The notes under the pieces were generated by a model. It did not search any database and was not told the origin of the DNA. It saw only the letters and a program-made list of their open reading frames with translations. A program made the translations under genes and the position numbers. From assembly GCA_002726235.1 (NCBI GenBank), contig PBSN01000013.1, positions 62,001-88,988 on the forward strand: DNA of 26,988 bases, read 5' to 3'. Positions 25,901-26,988 of the stretch are shown here, piece by piece (the first letter of the stretch is position 1; each line of letters begins with the position of its first letter). The DNA comes from Nitrospiraceae bacterium (GTDB taxonomy: Bacteria; Nitrospirota; Nitrospiria; Nitrospirales; UBA2166).

Positions 25901-26988
25901 ATGGGAATGTCTTCTGGCATGACCATGCGTTCGGTGCGACAACCTGGCCGCATGGTGCGGTGGGACAAATTGTGGTTGAGCCAATCAATTCGACCTACCA
26001 CGACCCGGTCACTGGGGAGGAGATCAGAAGTGGTCCCATCGCGGATATTCATACCCAGGAGCCTATTGGACTTGGACGGAATGGCGGGACGCTGGTAGGG
26101 AGCTTTCGAGAGCTCGTGCTGAATATCCAGGATACTCTTCCGTACACCGCGCAGATCATCTACGACGGGAATCCGGAAGGGTTTGATCCCAAGAAACAAA
26201 TCGCGGACCTTCAGACGGTATCTTTCATGATGCCGCTGGATCTTCGAGACTCTCCCTTCCCCCGTCTTAATGGGGGCACGCATACCACCGGGGGCGCGTT
26301 CAACATGAAGGCGGAGTCCCTGGCGACTCGGTTGGCTAATAACAGTGACGCGTCACAGCTTTTCAGTACTACGGTCCATGGAGATCCCGAGACGCCGCTT
26401 CTGCGGGCCTATCTGGGTGATCCGATTATGGTTCGGGCCTTGGATCAAACCATGAATGAAAGCCATACGTGGAATGTGACGGGTCATTATTTCCGTACCG
26501 AACAGCACATGGCGGAGTCGCAGCCGGATAATACGTTGCACATCGGCATTGCCGAGCGGTACAACCTGCTAATGGCGGCTGGTGGGCCGCAGCAGATGGC
26601 AGGCGACTACCTCCACTACAACGGACGGATTTCCAAACTTGGGGAGGGCTCATGGGGCCTGATTCGAGTACTCGACGAGGTTCAATCCGATCTCAAGGTG
26701 TTGCCGGGGCGCGAAACTGTTCCGAAGTCCGCCACCTCGGTTTGTCCGAGTGATGCGCCGGTGAAGCAATTCAATGTGGTTGCCATGGACTATGCCATGT
26801 CGCTGCATTCGAAAGCCGGGGAAACAATTACTGTGGACTTTGACCGGAAGGTCCAACTGCGTAACCCCGAGGGCAAGATCTACGTCCTCGAGAATGAAGT
26901 GCAGAAGATCAGTTCAGGCAGCCTGCGTCCCCATCCGCTCGTCTTGCGGGTCAATGTGGGTGACTGCATGAAGGTTACCCTGAAGAAC
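22912..26988 (+). CDS. Large six-domain-type multicopper oxidase (MnxG-like), 3'-truncated, >1359 aa
   Basis: Manually translated in frame +1 with no stop from ATG22912 (GGAGGG SD) to the window end. Signal-like segment 'RLIFLAVFGSFLAFLP'. Cu motifs: HSHHPH (24304-24321), HCHVAHHYVAGM (24529-24564), MHHHFH (about 25504-25521) and WHDH (25915-25926). Confidence 0.92.
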   Translation, partial: MXTQKIGVCRENRGFLGLFCGNNTIVRLIFLAVFGSFLAFLPPKGAAETPAYTXVPAGTGYWAAQQAEPLAAGEVPDWVNKLKAQIMIEEAMEGNTGRTGKIAAMHQKMMDHAIHAREGEARPTSGPYAYSDLXHQFGMMGDDPILGPADQVASAAMNRGGRCPSFAPRREYDIVAIEVGVTLNQWQMFYYGYMFTLAEDLERVHQEEARNELARTRDDDPGAVSNGLQGDXIQPLVIRGNAGDCVIFKVVNEIEEQPISFRIHGSNMIVQSTGEPAVLTNPDATIYDGEGQTFEWYLRPDEQEGTHQIQSVGQREQTALGLIGAFVVEPTGSTYLSPWEDGKELKSGWQAIIAHPQQPDFREFALIYHEIGDEAFRPVDRNGEMLPQRDPLSDAYRPGARALNNRSEPFGIAMLQRQKEVFHFEDESSAYSSYTFGDAPTPLGRSYLGDPAKWRLVHGGSEVFHSHHPHGGTIRWLRQPTAGDKRMFADGTGGPVKFPVVRTVSDRVDVQVIGPTEVFDLDVECGSGLCQHLAGDFLYHCHVAHHYVAGMWGYWRVYNTLQTGNYPHESTDIMRPLVELPDRKGLVKRAVSSDALVGKEMNWFGKNYQVTQNTTDWTANPPQVGIKDWVQYMVPTMGQRGHTDDERGQVMAHDATVMPWSWDGVKAMSEPETTFEWPKYTPAEGNHHDWTPAPGKRFPFLFEPKTGKVAWPHLRPHLGMRPLYPHNHNGAPWLEPFQIGADAGSRFSEPGQDAPIGKLSTKPASPGEHGPWSLCPENAGRAQFTVNFVEIVIEMTGKRGDQPAVVDPNGLLFVLAEEEAEVRKNKEMHVPLVMRANVYDCIDIILKSKWKDNHATNLLGSKVNMHHHFHQFDNQASDGVISGMSYEQAARPYDVLVNDHPGHGLPLPMNDALAKPAKKGDTVLHLTGANAEHFFHPNIEIGVGMDQIGTFEIVRIKDLDGAQFTVTLEQGLKHDHAKGEFVSVEWVRERLYVDAQYGNVFWHDHAFGATTWPHGAVGQIVVEPINSTYHDPVTGEEIRSGPIADIHTQEPIGLGRNGGTLVGSFRELVLNIQDTLPYTAQIIYDGNPEGFDPKKQIADLQTVSFMMPLDLRDSPFPRLNGGTHTTGGAFNMKAESLATRLANNSDASQLFSTTVHGDPETPLLRAYLGDPIMVRALDQTMNESHTWNVTGHYFRTEQHMAESQPDNTLHIGIAERYNLLMAAGGPQQMAGDYLHYNGRISKLGEGSWGLIRVLDEVQSDLKVLPGRETVPKSATSVCPSDAPVKQFNVVAMDYAMSLHSKAGETITVDFDRKVQLRNPEGKIYVLENEVQKISSGSLRPHPLVLRVNVGDCMKVTLKN

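Noticed and set aside
22819..26971. Many short ORFs listed in the track on both strands
   Set aside because: All overlap the single long frame +1 multicopper oxidase ORF and are shadows.

Overview
Bacterial genomic window, probably Nitrospirota (inferred from gene content; scattered N bases suggest a MAG or draft assembly). From left to right: (1) the 3' part of an AioA/IdrA-type DMSO-reductase-family molybdoenzyme, followed by a secreted amicyanin-like cupredoxin/transthyretin-fold protein, an IdrP/MauG-like diheme cytochrome c peroxidase and a basic monoheme cytochrome c, which together resemble a variant iodate-reductase cluster; (2) accessory genes (FGE-sulfatase-fold protein, hypotheticals, an HExxH protein, an EamA transporter, a Cys/His-rich membrane-anchored protein); (3) a minus-strand sulfur-carrier operon, thiS::cysK fusion-moeB-thrC-like-moaD/cysO-NIL-moeB-mec; (4) a beta-propeller gene, a second FGE gene, rusA, an orphan mraZ and an Ahb/NirJ-like radical SAM gene; (5) divergently, a second amicyanin-like protein and a >1359-aa MnxG-like multicopper oxidase that the ORF track misses because it runs off the window. 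I saw no rRNA, tRNA, CRISPR array or IS element. Family assignments come from motif reading and recall, not database searches.
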